Assembly (NCBI GenBank): GCA_965140705.1
Contig: OZ223302.1
Location: forward strand, 480,001 to 544,000
DNA length: 64,000 nt
From: an uncultured Arcobacter sp.
GTDB taxonomy: Bacteria; Campylobacterota; Campylobacteria; Campylobacterales; Arcobacteraceae
Direction of reading: 5' to 3'
Part shown: positions 53,578 through 63,171 of the stretch, piece by piece
How the letters are laid out: each line of letters begins with the position of its first letter
Position numbering within the stretch: the stretch's first letter is position 1
Made by a program: the position numbers and the translations under genes
Notes under the pieces: generated by a model
What the model saw: the letters and a program-made list of their open reading frames with translations, nothing else
Databases searched by the model: none
Told to the model about the DNA's origin: nothing

Positions 53578-54710
53578 TGAAAAAAATAGTTTTTTTAACC
53601 GGAACAAGAGCTGATTTTGGGAAAGTAAAATCATTAATTACTATATCTCAACAATCTCCAAACTATGAAGTACATATTTTTGCTACAGGTATGCATATGA
53701 ATCCATTATATGGATTAACTATTGATGAGATATACAAAGCTGGTTTCAAAAATATTTATCAATTCATAAATCATGAAACAATTGGGCATATGGATAGAAC
53801 TCTTGCACGGACAATTGAAGGCTTCTCAAAATATATTCATGATATTAAACCTGACTTAATTATAGTTCATGGAGATAGAGTGGAAGCACTAGCGGGTTCA
53901 ATAGTAGGTAGTTTAAATAATATTTTAGTTGCTCATATTGAAGGTGGTGAAATATCTGGAACAATAGATGAACATATTCGTCATTCTATTAGTAAAATGT
54001 CTCATATACATCTTGTTGCAAATAATGAAGCAAAAAATAGACTTTTACAATTAGGAGAATTGAATGATTCTATTTTCATTTTAGGTTCACCCGATTTAGA
54101 TTTAATGAATCCAAAATCTTTGCCATCAATTGAATTTGTAAAAAAATATTATGGTATTACCTTTGAAGAATACGCTTTAGCCATGTTTCATCCTGTTACA
54201 ACAGAATATGAACAAATAAAAAAAAATATAACATATTTTGTCGATGCTCTACTAGAAAGTGATTTAAATTATATAGTTATTTATCCTAACAATGATTTAG
54301 GTTCTATTGAAATACTAACAGAATATAGGCGATTAGAAAATAATCCTAAAATCAAAATTTTTCCATCTTTAAGATTTGAATTTTTTTTGAAATTACTTGA
54401 AGAATGTCAATTTATTATAGGAAATTCAAGTGCAGGAATTAGAGAAGCCCCTTTTTACAATGTATCAAGTATAGATATAGGAACAAGACAATTTAATAGA
54501 GCAAAATTAGAGTCAATATTTCATTGTAATTATACAAAAGAAGAAATATTAAAAACTATTAAAGTAACTAAGCATTATAAAAAGAAAAGTTCTATTGATT
54601 TCAAGAATTTTGGAGAAGGGAAAAGTGATAAATTATTTTTAGAATTACTAGATAGTGAAAAACTTTGGAATATTTTATGTCAAAAACAATTTCAGGAATT
54701 TTCACAATGA
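53577..54710 (+). CDS. neuC: UDP-GlcNAc 2-epimerase (hydrolysing)
   Basis: TGTRADFG, VHGDRVE, HIEGGE, GNSSAGIREA. Confidence 0.93.
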   Translation: MKKIVFLTGTRADFGKVKSLITISQQSPNYEVHIFATGMHMNPLYGLTIDEIYKAGFKNIYQFINHETIGHMDRTLARTIEGFSKYIHDIKPDLIIVHGDRVEALAGSIVGSLNNILVAHIEGGEISGTIDEHIRHSISKMSHIHLVANNEAKNRLLQLGELNDSIFILGSPDLDLMNPKSLPSIEFVKKYYGITFEEYALAMFHPVTTEYEQIKKNITYFVDALLESDLNYIVIYPNNDLGSIEILTEYRRLENNPKIKIFPSLRFEFFLKLLEECQFIIGNSSAGIREAPFYNVSSIDIGTRQFNRAKLESIFHCNYTKEEILKTIKVTKHYKKKSSIDFKNFGEGKSDKLFLELLDSEKLWNILCQKQFQEFSQ

Positions 54711-56272
54711 GAATTTTAATAATTGCTTCAACTGATTCGTATAATGTTTCATTATTAAAAATTGCTTTAGAATTTAAAAGAAATGGTGATGATGTTTTAA
54801 TTCTTTTTAGTCATAAAGAAGATGTTCATAATCATATGTTATTTAATAAAGAAGTAAAAACCCTATATTGGGATGAATTTGATGAATACGAGAAATATGA
54901 AGTAGCAATTTATGGAAATATATTAAATAATGAAGTGTTAAACAATGTCTTAAAAGAAAACTACTTAAAAATAAGTTTATTTTTTCATTTAATTCCTGAT
55001 GAATATGTATTAGGGGGAGCTCATTTATATGCAGATTATACATTTTGTTTTGGTGAAAAATTTGTTGATAATCAAATTAAAAATGGGATAAAACATAATA
55101 TAATTCCTATTGGTATACCTTTTGATATACATCTTTCACAAAATATTTCTGAATCAAAAAAAATATTTTTGTTTTTAGAACAACATTTTTATCCTTCAGG
55201 GAAAAAAGGCAAAAAACAATTAGCAGAATTTTTAATAGAGTTAGCGCAAAAACATAAAAACTATAATATTGTAGTTAAACCCAGAGCTTTAGAAAATGAA
55301 GAAAATACAAAACATAAAGCCGAACATTTATATAAATTTTTTAAAGAAATACCAACTAATCTAATATTATTAAAAGAACATATAGACTTAGAGGAATTAA
55401 CAAAAAGAGCAGATATTGTTGCAACAACCTTTAGTACTGCCGTAATGCCTGCTATTTTATTAGATAAACCTGTTATATTTATTAATGGATTTAGTATGAT
55501 AGAAACTTACTTTTATAATATTCCTATGGTAAATAATTATTACAAAATGTACAAATCAACAGGTAATATATTTAATTATAAACTATTCCCAAATAACTTA
55601 GATGAACTAAAAGTTATAAATAAAGATTTTAAAAACTATTTATTTTATAAAAGAGAAAAAAAGTTTGAAAAAAGCATAATAGAATTTGCTTATTTTATGA
55701 AAGAATATAAAGGAAAACTTCTTTTTTCCACGACAATAGATAATTATAAAATTAACGTGAATAAAAAATTAAATACTTTTCCTCAAATATATAGAACTAT
55801 GAATTCAATACTAGAAGAATTTTATAGAATAAATATAATTACAGGTTTTAGATTAGAAAAAGAAAGAAAAGAATTACTTTATGAAATCAATAACAATAAC
55901 TTTCTAGAATTAGAAGAAAATTTACAAAAAGAAAAACTAAATATATTAAAAAATAAATACATTGAAGAAGGCCTTAATAGAATTTTAAAAGACTATAAAC
56001 ACTATCCAATTGGATTTAAAGGCTTTTATTTGAAATATCTCTATGATAATAAATTAGAAAACAAAATGATGGACCTTCCAAAGAATTGGCAAATAGCTGA
56101 TTACTTTTATAATTTATATCTTTTCAATAGAGATACGAATAAAAAGTTATCTATAAAATACTTAAAGAGATATATAAAGATATCACAAAAAGCACAATAT
56201 AGATTTACACATTTATATGAAGATTCGATGATAGAAAAAGCAAAAAATATTTTAAGAAATTTAGGAGAATAG
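54707..56272 (+). CDS. Putative glycosyltransferase (DUF6716-like, nonulosonate cluster)
   Basis: MRILIIASTDSY, VVKPRA, TTFSTAVMPA; ATGA overlap with the neuC stop; family call tentative. Confidence 0.5.
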   Translation: MRILIIASTDSYNVSLLKIALEFKRNGDDVLILFSHKEDVHNHMLFNKEVKTLYWDEFDEYEKYEVAIYGNILNNEVLNNVLKENYLKISLFFHLIPDEYVLGGAHLYADYTFCFGEKFVDNQIKNGIKHNIIPIGIPFDIHLSQNISESKKIFLFLEQHFYPSGKKGKKQLAEFLIELAQKHKNYNIVVKPRALENEENTKHKAEHLYKFFKEIPTNLILLKEHIDLEELTKRADIVATTFSTAVMPAILLDKPVIFINGFSMIETYFYNIPMVNNYYKMYKSTGNIFNYKLFPNNLDELKVINKDFKNYLFYKREKKFEKSIIEFAYFMKEYKGKLLFSTTIDNYKINVNKKLNTFPQIYRTMNSILEEFYRINIITGFRLEKERKELLYEINNNNFLELEENLQKEKLNILKNKYIEEGLNRILKDYKHYPIGFKGFYLKYLYDNKLENKMMDLPKNWQIADYFYNLYLFNRDTNKKLSIKYLKRYIKISQKAQYRFTHLYEDSMIEKAKNILRNLGE

Positions 56273-57265
56273 ATGAAACTAATTGCAGAAACAGCATGGC
56301 ACCATGAAGGAGATATTGATTTTCTAGTTGATTTAGCAAAAAAGATCAAACTTAGCAAAGCAGATATCGCTAAATTTCATCTTTTATTAGATTTAGATGA
56401 ATATATTGATAAAAGTCATAAATTATATGAGGGTTACAATAAATGGAAAATATCAAAAGAAAATTGGGAAAAAGTTTTAAACATATTTAAACCTGAAGAA
56501 TTAATGCTTTTATGTAATGATACAAAAGCAATTGAATTCGCTTGTACTTATAACCCTAAAATCATTGAATTACATGCTGTTTGTATGACAGATTTAAATT
56601 TACTAGATTGTTTAAAAGCGAATAAACCTAAAAATACGAAAATTGCATTAGGAATAAGTGGAAATACTATTGAAGAAATTGATTTTGCTTTAAATTATTT
56701 AAATACAAATGATATTATCTTGATGTATGGTTTCCAAAATTATCCTACAAAATTTGAAGAAATAAATTTCAACAGATTAAAAAAGATTATGCAATTTTAT
56801 CCAAATTTAGAATTTGGTTATGCTGATCATTGTGGATATAATGAAGATTTCAATGAACTTATTACATTAACAGGAGCTAGTTTAGGTGTTAATTATATAG
56901 AAAAACATGTTACTTCACAATTTGGTATTGCAAGATTGGATTATGAAGCAACTATAAATTTTGAAATGCTAGATAATCTTCATAATAAAATGGAAATTAT
57001 TTCAAAATCTTTAGGAAATGGTTCTTTAAATTTTAGTGAAGGTGAAAAAAACTATTCAAGAGTAGGGATATTAAAGAAAGCTCCTATTTTGAAACAAGAT
57101 ATAAGCAAAGATGATATATTAACTAAAGAACTTTTAGAATATAAAAGAATAAAAACTGATCTTAATTATTCACCGTTTGAAATAATCAGTAAATTTGGTA
57201 TGAAATTTAATAAAAACCTTTCTAAAGGTGATTTAGTATTAGTTAGTGATTTAAAAAAGGAATAA
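56273..57265 (+). CDS. Second, divergent NeuB/SpsE-family synthase
   Basis: IAETAWHHEGD, QNYPT, GYADH, IEKHVT, SAF-like C-terminus. Confidence 0.82.
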   Translation: MKLIAETAWHHEGDIDFLVDLAKKIKLSKADIAKFHLLLDLDEYIDKSHKLYEGYNKWKISKENWEKVLNIFKPEELMLLCNDTKAIEFACTYNPKIIELHAVCMTDLNLLDCLKANKPKNTKIALGISGNTIEEIDFALNYLNTNDIILMYGFQNYPTKFEEINFNRLKKIMQFYPNLEFGYADHCGYNEDFNELITLTGASLGVNYIEKHVTSQFGIARLDYEATINFEMLDNLHNKMEIISKSLGNGSLNFSEGEKNYSRVGILKKAPILKQDISKDDILTKELLEYKRIKTDLNYSPFEIISKFGMKFNKNLSKGDLVLVSDLKKE

Positions 57266-57266
57266 A

Positions 57267-58067
57267 ATGAAAATAGGTTTTTTAATAACAGCAAGATTAA
57301 AATCAAGTAGATTAAAATTAAAATTACTAAAGCCTTTAAATGGTAAAACCGTAATAAAAAGAGTAATTGATAGGGCAAAAGAAGTAGTTGAATGCGATGA
57401 TATTGTATTATGTACATCTGAACACAATCAAGATTTACCATTAGTAAGAATTGCCCAAGAAGAAAATATTTATTACTATAATGGGAGTGATGAAGATGTG
57501 CTTGAGCGATTAAAATCAGCTACAAAATTATTTGGTTTTGATTTTGTCATATGTATTACAGCAGATAACCCTTTATTTTCTATTTACCATGCAAATATAT
57601 TATCAGATTATCTGAGAAAAAATTCTGATGTAGATTTTATTACTACAGTTGGGATGCCAATAGGTGTAAATATTTATGCAATAAAAGCAAAAGCATTAGA
57701 AACTGTTTGTGCAATTAAGCAAGAGATTGATACAGAAATTTGGGGACCGTTAATACATAAAGATTTTTTTAATGTAAAAGAGCTTGAGGTTGAAGATCTA
57801 TATAAATTTAATTTGCTTAATAGATTAACATTAGATGAAAGTGATGATTATAATTTAATTAGAAATATTTATAAAAATGTTAAAGGAGATATTCCAGATA
57901 TTCTTGATGTGTATGATTATTTAAGCAAAAATATAGAAGTTGCACGAATAAACTCACACATTGAACAAAAATCTTTAGACAAAAATATTTTAGAAAGAAT
58001 AAACACTCATTTCCAGAATAATAAAGAAAATATACTTTTAATAAAAGATGGGATTTACAATGCATGA
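57267..58067 (+). CDS. Cytidylyltransferase (SpsF/KdsB-like)
   Basis: ITARLKSSRL, GSDEDVLER, TADNP, RLTLDE. Confidence 0.85.
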   Translation: MKIGFLITARLKSSRLKLKLLKPLNGKTVIKRVIDRAKEVVECDDIVLCTSEHNQDLPLVRIAQEENIYYYNGSDEDVLERLKSATKLFGFDFVICITADNPLFSIYHANILSDYLRKNSDVDFITTVGMPIGVNIYAIKAKALETVCAIKQEIDTEIWGPLIHKDFFNVKELEVEDLYKFNLLNRLTLDESDDYNLIRNIYKNVKGDIPDILDVYDYLSKNIEVARINSHIEQKSLDKNILERINTHFQNNKENILLIKDGIYNA

Positions 58068-59028
58068 AAACTTTTTAAAAAAATTTCTAGAATTATATTG
58101 GTTACGCCCTGAATCAGCAATATTAACATCTCTTTTAGCGAAAAATATTCCAAATGATTATCTTAAGCAAAGAAAAAATACTGCTGATATAAATTGCGGA
58201 GATGGGATATTTTCCTTTATTGTAAATGGAGGGAAGTTTGAAAATTCTTTTGATTTGTATAAAAGTACAAAAATTGACTCATCAATTGTAAAAAAAGAAG
58301 ATATTTATAACCATTATGATGAATCATATATTACTCCTATAAAAGAATATTCTAATTTATCATATTCTTATGGAATAGATATAAATGATAAAATGCTATT
58401 AAAAGCAAGTTCTTTAAAAATATATGAAAAAAAATTACTTTATACTGGTGAAATTAATTTAAATGCTGGATCAGAATATTCTTTACATACACTAAACAAC
58501 GAAAAAATTTCACTCAATAATTCGCTTGATTTAATTAGTATTTTTTCATCAATTTATATGTATTCTAACACTTCTTATATTCTCCAAAAAATAAATTACT
58601 TACTTAAAAAAGATGGTATTTTCATTGTAAATACAAAAACAAATTTATTTAAGAAATTTTATGAATCATTCGAAAACACTTACCCAAAAGCTTTTTCAAG
58701 TTATATTGAACGAGATATGAGATGTATTCTACAAAGTTTACATAAAGAACAAGAGTGGGAAGATTTTTTTAAATTACATAATTTCGAGATTATTGAAAAA
58801 AAACCAACTTTACAAAAAAACTTAGTTCCTATTTGGTCTATAGGACTTAGATTTTTAACTCCATTATTGGTGAAAATGTCAAATAATGTTACGGATAAAG
58901 ATTCTTGGTTTGAAGTCAAAAATGAATTTGTAAATACTTTTTATAAAGTTTTAATAGATTTTTATGAAGAAGATATCAATCTAAATAATGCTTCTTCTTT
59001 TTTATATGTGCTAAAGAAAAAGAGTTAA
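58060..59028 (+). CDS. SAM-dependent methyltransferase-like protein
   Basis: ADINCGDG motif I-like, YGID, LLKKDG; start set at ATG 58060. Confidence 0.6.
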   Translation: MHENFLKKFLELYWLRPESAILTSLLAKNIPNDYLKQRKNTADINCGDGIFSFIVNGGKFENSFDLYKSTKIDSSIVKKEDIYNHYDESYITPIKEYSNLSYSYGIDINDKMLLKASSLKIYEKKLLYTGEINLNAGSEYSLHTLNNEKISLNNSLDLISIFSSIYMYSNTSYILQKINYLLKKDGIFIVNTKTNLFKKFYESFENTYPKAFSSYIERDMRCILQSLHKEQEWEDFFKLHNFEIIEKKPTLQKNLVPIWSIGLRFLTPLLVKMSNNVTDKDSWFEVKNEFVNTFYKVLIDFYEEDINLNNASSFLYVLKKKS

Positions 59029-59031
59029 TTG

Positions 59032-59979
59032 ATGTTTGTTTGTTTAATGTATCATTATATTCACTCGGAAAATGATGATAAAATATTTAAAAATCTAAAA
59101 GGATTAACAACCAACGAATTTAAATATCAAATAGAATATATGTTGAAACACTTTAAACCTATTACCCATCAAGATTTATTAAATTTTTTCAATAACAAAA
59201 AACCTCTACCAAAAAAATCATTTTATTTAACTTTTGATGATGGCTTTAAACAGCATTATACAAATGTTTTACCTATTCTAAAAGAATATGGATTGACTGG
59301 AAGTTTTTTTGTTCCAACTATTCCATTAAGCGATAATAAAATTCATTTCCTAGAAAAACAAAGGGTTTCACAATATTGTATTGTTGATACATATGAAGAG
59401 TTTTTAGAACTTTTTTATGAAAACTCAAAAAAACTACTAAATAAAAAGAAGTTATCATTAATTGAACCAAACCAAACAAATATAAAAAATAGTAAAGATT
59501 TTCTAAAAGAATGCAGTTATTACACAAATGAAGAGAGATTTTTTAGAAAAATAAGAAATTTTATTCTATCAAAAAGTGAAATAGAAAATATTATAAATAA
59601 AATATTTGAAAATACTTTTGATAACACTTTTATAAATCGATATTATATGAATATAAACAATTTAAAAGAGATGCATTCAAATGATATGATTATTGGTGGA
59701 CACTCTCATACTCACCCTTATTTAGAAACTTTAACAAAAAATGAGTTAATATATGAATTATCAATTAGCTTTGATTTTCTAAAGAATAATATTAATAAAA
59801 CAATAAATTCTTTTTCATATCCTTTTGGTACATATAACCAAAATGTTTTAGATTATGTAGAAGCTATTAATTTAGAGTATGCATTTACAACAAAAGATGA
59901 AATCAATTCTGATTTAATCAGAAAATATGAGATAAAAAGAGTTGATGCTTCCTTGTTTTCTAGGATATTTAATGTTTAA
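59032..59979 (+). CDS. Polysaccharide deacetylase (NodB/CE4-like)
   Basis: LMYH, LTFDDG, GGHSHTH, FSYPFG. Confidence 0.88.
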   Translation: MFVCLMYHYIHSENDDKIFKNLKGLTTNEFKYQIEYMLKHFKPITHQDLLNFFNNKKPLPKKSFYLTFDDGFKQHYTNVLPILKEYGLTGSFFVPTIPLSDNKIHFLEKQRVSQYCIVDTYEEFLELFYENSKKLLNKKKLSLIEPNQTNIKNSKDFLKECSYYTNEERFFRKIRNFILSKSEIENIINKIFENTFDNTFINRYYMNINNLKEMHSNDMIIGGHSHTHPYLETLTKNELIYELSISFDFLKNNINKTINSFSYPFGTYNQNVLDYVEAINLEYAFTTKDEINSDLIRKYEIKRVDASLFSRIFNV

Positions 59980-60601
59980 TCTTAACTCCTATAAAAATAT
60001 AATACTAGATTTTGATGGAGTTATTTTAGATAGTAATAATATAAAAAAAGATGCTATATATAATTGTGTTCAAGAATATGCAAATAAAAATAAATCAATA
60101 GAATTTGTTAATTTCTTTACACAAAATAATGGTCTTCCTCGAGAGATAAAAATTTCTACCTATTTTGAGGATAAAATTGCTAAAAAAATATTACTTAAAT
60201 ATAATAAAAGATTAGAAATAGATTTAAAGAATTGCGTATTTACAAATGGATTTGAATATTTTTTGAATTTATTAAATATTAAACCTTATATTTTATCAGG
60301 TGGAGATAAAGAAGAAATAATAACTTTTTTAAAAGAAAAACATCTTTTTCAAAGGTTTAAAAATATTATGGGATCACCTTTAACAAAATATGAAAATATA
60401 AATAATTCTAATATAAAAGGAAAAACTCTTTATATTGGAGATAGTAAAATTGATTATGAAATTGCAATACACTATAATTATGACTTTATATTTATGTTTA
60501 GATATACTCAATTTTCAAATTGGTCAAATTTTTTTAAAGAAAAACCAAATATAAAATTAATAAAAGATTTTGAAGAGTTAAATATGGAGATAGAATGCTA
60601 A
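59972..60601 (+). CDS. HAD-family phosphatase
   Basis: DFDGVILDS, LSGG, YIGDSKID; start set at ATG 59972. Confidence 0.88.
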   Translation: MFNLNSYKNIILDFDGVILDSNNIKKDAIYNCVQEYANKNKSIEFVNFFTQNNGLPREIKISTYFEDKIAKKILLKYNKRLEIDLKNCVFTNGFEYFLNLLNIKPYILSGGDKEEIITFLKEKHLFQRFKNIMGSPLTKYENINNSNIKGKTLYIGDSKIDYEIAIHYNYDFIFMFRYTQFSNWSNFFKEKPNIKLIKDFEELNMEIEC

Positions 60602-61641
60602 GAGTTGGAATTAATGGTTTTGGAAGAATAGGAAGAGCAATATTTAGAACAAATATGAACAAAAAATTATTTGAAATTGTTGCAATAAATGATATAAATC
60701 CTGATAATGAAAATATTGCTTATCAACTAAATTATGATACTTTATATGATCAATTAAAAGATAAATTTAAAATTGATAAAAATCATATGTATAATAACGA
60801 TTATGCTATAGAAATTTTTCATCAGAAACATATTGATGAAGTAAATTGGAAATCAAAAGATATTGATATTATTATAGATGCTTCAGGTATTTTGGATAAT
60901 GTAATTAGAGCTAAGAATACCATTGAAAAACAATCTGTAAAAAAAGTGATTATAACTCACTCTCCAGATAATGTAGACTTTACATTAGTATTAGGTGCAA
61001 ATGAAGATAAACTTGATCTTTCAAAACATCATGTCATATCATCAAGTATTTGTGATGCAACAGCAATTGGTCCTGTGATAAAAATTATAAAAGAAAATTT
61101 TGGAATAACCTCTGGGCATTTAACAACATTGCATCCTTGGCTTGGTTATCAAAATTTAATGGATGGACCTGCTAGCTCTTGGTCAGTTCCTGGTGAAATC
61201 TATCATCATTTTGCGTTAGGAAGATCAGCGGTTGGCAATATGATACCAAAACCTACTTCTGCATTAGATGCTTGTGCTAAAGTTGTTGAAGATATTTCAG
61301 CTGATAATATTGGTTCTTACTCAATGAGAACACCAACTCATATTGTTGGTAGTGCAGATTTAACTCTTCTGTTAAAAAGAAATACCTCTAAAAAAGAAAT
61401 TGTAGATGTTTTTGAACAATATTCTAATTCTCAAAAATGGGAGATTATTAATAATAATTTTGAACCTTTAGTTTCTCTAGATTTCAAAGCTTCAGAATTT
61501 TCTGCCAATGTTGATCACCGATTTACAAACTTAATACAAGGGAATATGTTAAAACTCGTTTTATGGTATGACAATGAATGGGGATATGCAAGTAGAGTAT
61601 GTGATCAAGTTAAATTTATATCAGATAAAATGAAAGGCTAA
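60595..61641 (+). CDS. Divergent GAPDH / erythrose-4-phosphate dehydrogenase-family oxidoreductase
   Basis: RVGINGFGRIGR, AIND, SSICDAT (catalytic Cys), TTLH, WYDNEWGY. Confidence 0.85.
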   Translation: MLRVGINGFGRIGRAIFRTNMNKKLFEIVAINDINPDNENIAYQLNYDTLYDQLKDKFKIDKNHMYNNDYAIEIFHQKHIDEVNWKSKDIDIIIDASGILDNVIRAKNTIEKQSVKKVIITHSPDNVDFTLVLGANEDKLDLSKHHVISSSICDATAIGPVIKIIKENFGITSGHLTTLHPWLGYQNLMDGPASSWSVPGEIYHHFALGRSAVGNMIPKPTSALDACAKVVEDISADNIGSYSMRTPTHIVGSADLTLLLKRNTSKKEIVDVFEQYSNSQKWEIINNNFEPLVSLDFKASEFSANVDHRFTNLIQGNMLKLVLWYDNEWGYASRVCDQVKFISDKMKG

Positions 61642-61642
61642 A

Positions 61643-62389
61643 ATGAATATAGCATTAATTATAGGAAAAGATAAAAGTACAGGGGTTCCTGGTAAAAACA
61701 TTAGACAAATATTAGGTAGACCAGCAGCAGAATATGCATATATTGCAGCAAAATATGCAAAATGTGATAAGATTTATGTTTCAACTGATTCTTTAGAAAT
61801 TGCAGAAATTGGTAAACCCTACAATGCAATTCATATTTTAAGACCTGAGCATATGGCTTTACCGGATTCTTTAACTGAAGATGCATTATTACATGCTTAT
61901 GAATATATAAAAAAAGATATAGGTTCAAATAATAAAATTGAAACCATATCTCTGTTATTTTGTAATAACCCTGCTATTAATGTGAATTTATTAAAAGAAG
62001 CTATAAGTTTTACTTCAAAAACACAAGAATTTGACTCTTGTTTTTCAGTAGCAAAATATGATATGTTCTCTCCTGCAAGAGCTAGAAAAATTGATTCAAA
62101 TGGAGAGATGCATCCATTTGTTGATTTAAAATACATTGATAATGTTTCTTCAATTAGAGATTCTCAAGGTTCAACTTATTTTTGTGATTTATCAATACAA
62201 GTAATGAAACCTATATGTTTTGAAGAGATGGATCAAGGACAATTACCTTTTAAATGGCAAGGTAAAAAATCAAAAGCTATTGAAACTGATTTTGGTTTTG
62301 ATATAGATTCAGAATGGCAAGCTGTTGTTTTAGAATATTGGCTTAAAAAGCATGGTTTTACTGAAAATAATATTCCGTGGGAAGTATAA
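61643..62389 (+). CDS. Acylneuraminate cytidylyltransferase-like protein
   Basis: STGVPGKNI, VSTDS, RPEHMA, DIDSEWQ. Confidence 0.82.
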   Translation: MNIALIIGKDKSTGVPGKNIRQILGRPAAEYAYIAAKYAKCDKIYVSTDSLEIAEIGKPYNAIHILRPEHMALPDSLTEDALLHAYEYIKKDIGSNNKIETISLLFCNNPAINVNLLKEAISFTSKTQEFDSCFSVAKYDMFSPARARKIDSNGEMHPFVDLKYIDNVSSIRDSQGSTYFCDLSIQVMKPICFEEMDQGQLPFKWQGKKSKAIETDFGFDIDSEWQAVVLEYWLKKHGFTENNIPWEV

Positions 62390-63171
62390 TGTTAAAAACA
62401 AATTTTTTAAAACAAAAATTAGAAAATGGCAAATCTGTACTTGGAACTTGGTCTATAATTCCATCTACAATAACAACAGATATAATTGCCAGTAGTGGAG
62501 TTGATTTCATAATTATTGATGCGGAACATGGTCCCATATCTTTTGAAACAGCACAAAACATGGCAATTGTATGTGAATCAAGAAAAGTTTCTCCTGTCAT
62601 GAGAGTGGGAAACATAAATGAAATAGATATCCTAAAAGCTCTTGATATAGGAATTCATTGTATCCAAATACCAAATATTAATACAAAAAAAGATGTGGAA
62701 CAATTAATAAGTTTTGCTAAATATCCACCAATTGGAAAAAGAGGTTTTTCTCCCTTTACAAGAGCAGGAGATTACTCTATACAAAATAGTACTTCACTTA
62801 CACAAAAAGCTAATGAAAATATATTAATTGCCATAAATATAGAAGGGAAAGAAGCAATCGATGAAATTGATTCTATTCTTCAAATCAAAGAGCTTGATAT
62901 TATATTTATTGGCTTATTTGATTTATCAAAAGCATTAGGTATTCCTGGTGATGTAAATAATCAAAGAGTACTTGATTATTTAGAAGAATTAACATCAAAA
63001 ATTAATAATGCAGGTAAATATGCAGGTACAATAACAACTTCAAAAGATAAAATTACTTCATTCATCAATATTGGAATAAAATATATTGTACATTTGGTAG
63101 ATTGTGAAATGTTAAGAAATTCATATCTTGAAATAAAAACACATTTTGATAAGGTTACGAAAAATGAATAG
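62389..63171 (+). CDS. HpcH/HpaI-family class II pyruvate aldolase
   Basis: IIDAEHG, LDIG, YPPIGKRG, NIE, FIGLFDLS; TAATG overlap. Confidence 0.88.
   Translation: MLKTNFLKQKLENGKSVLGTWSIIPSTITTDIIASSGVDFIIIDAEHGPISFETAQNMAIVCESRKVSPVMRVGNINEIDILKALDIGIHCIQIPNINTKKDVEQLISFAKYPPIGKRGFSPFTRAGDYSIQNSTSLTQKANENILIAINIEGKEAIDEIDSILQIKELDIIFIGLFDLSKALGIPGDVNNQRVLDYLEELTSKINNAGKYAGTITTSKDKITSFINIGIKYIVHLVDCEMLRNSYLEIKTHFDKVTKNE

Noticed and set aside
60595..61641. Housekeeping gapA
   Set aside because: Active-site motif is diverged (SICDAT) and the context is a glycan island, so no gene symbol was assigned
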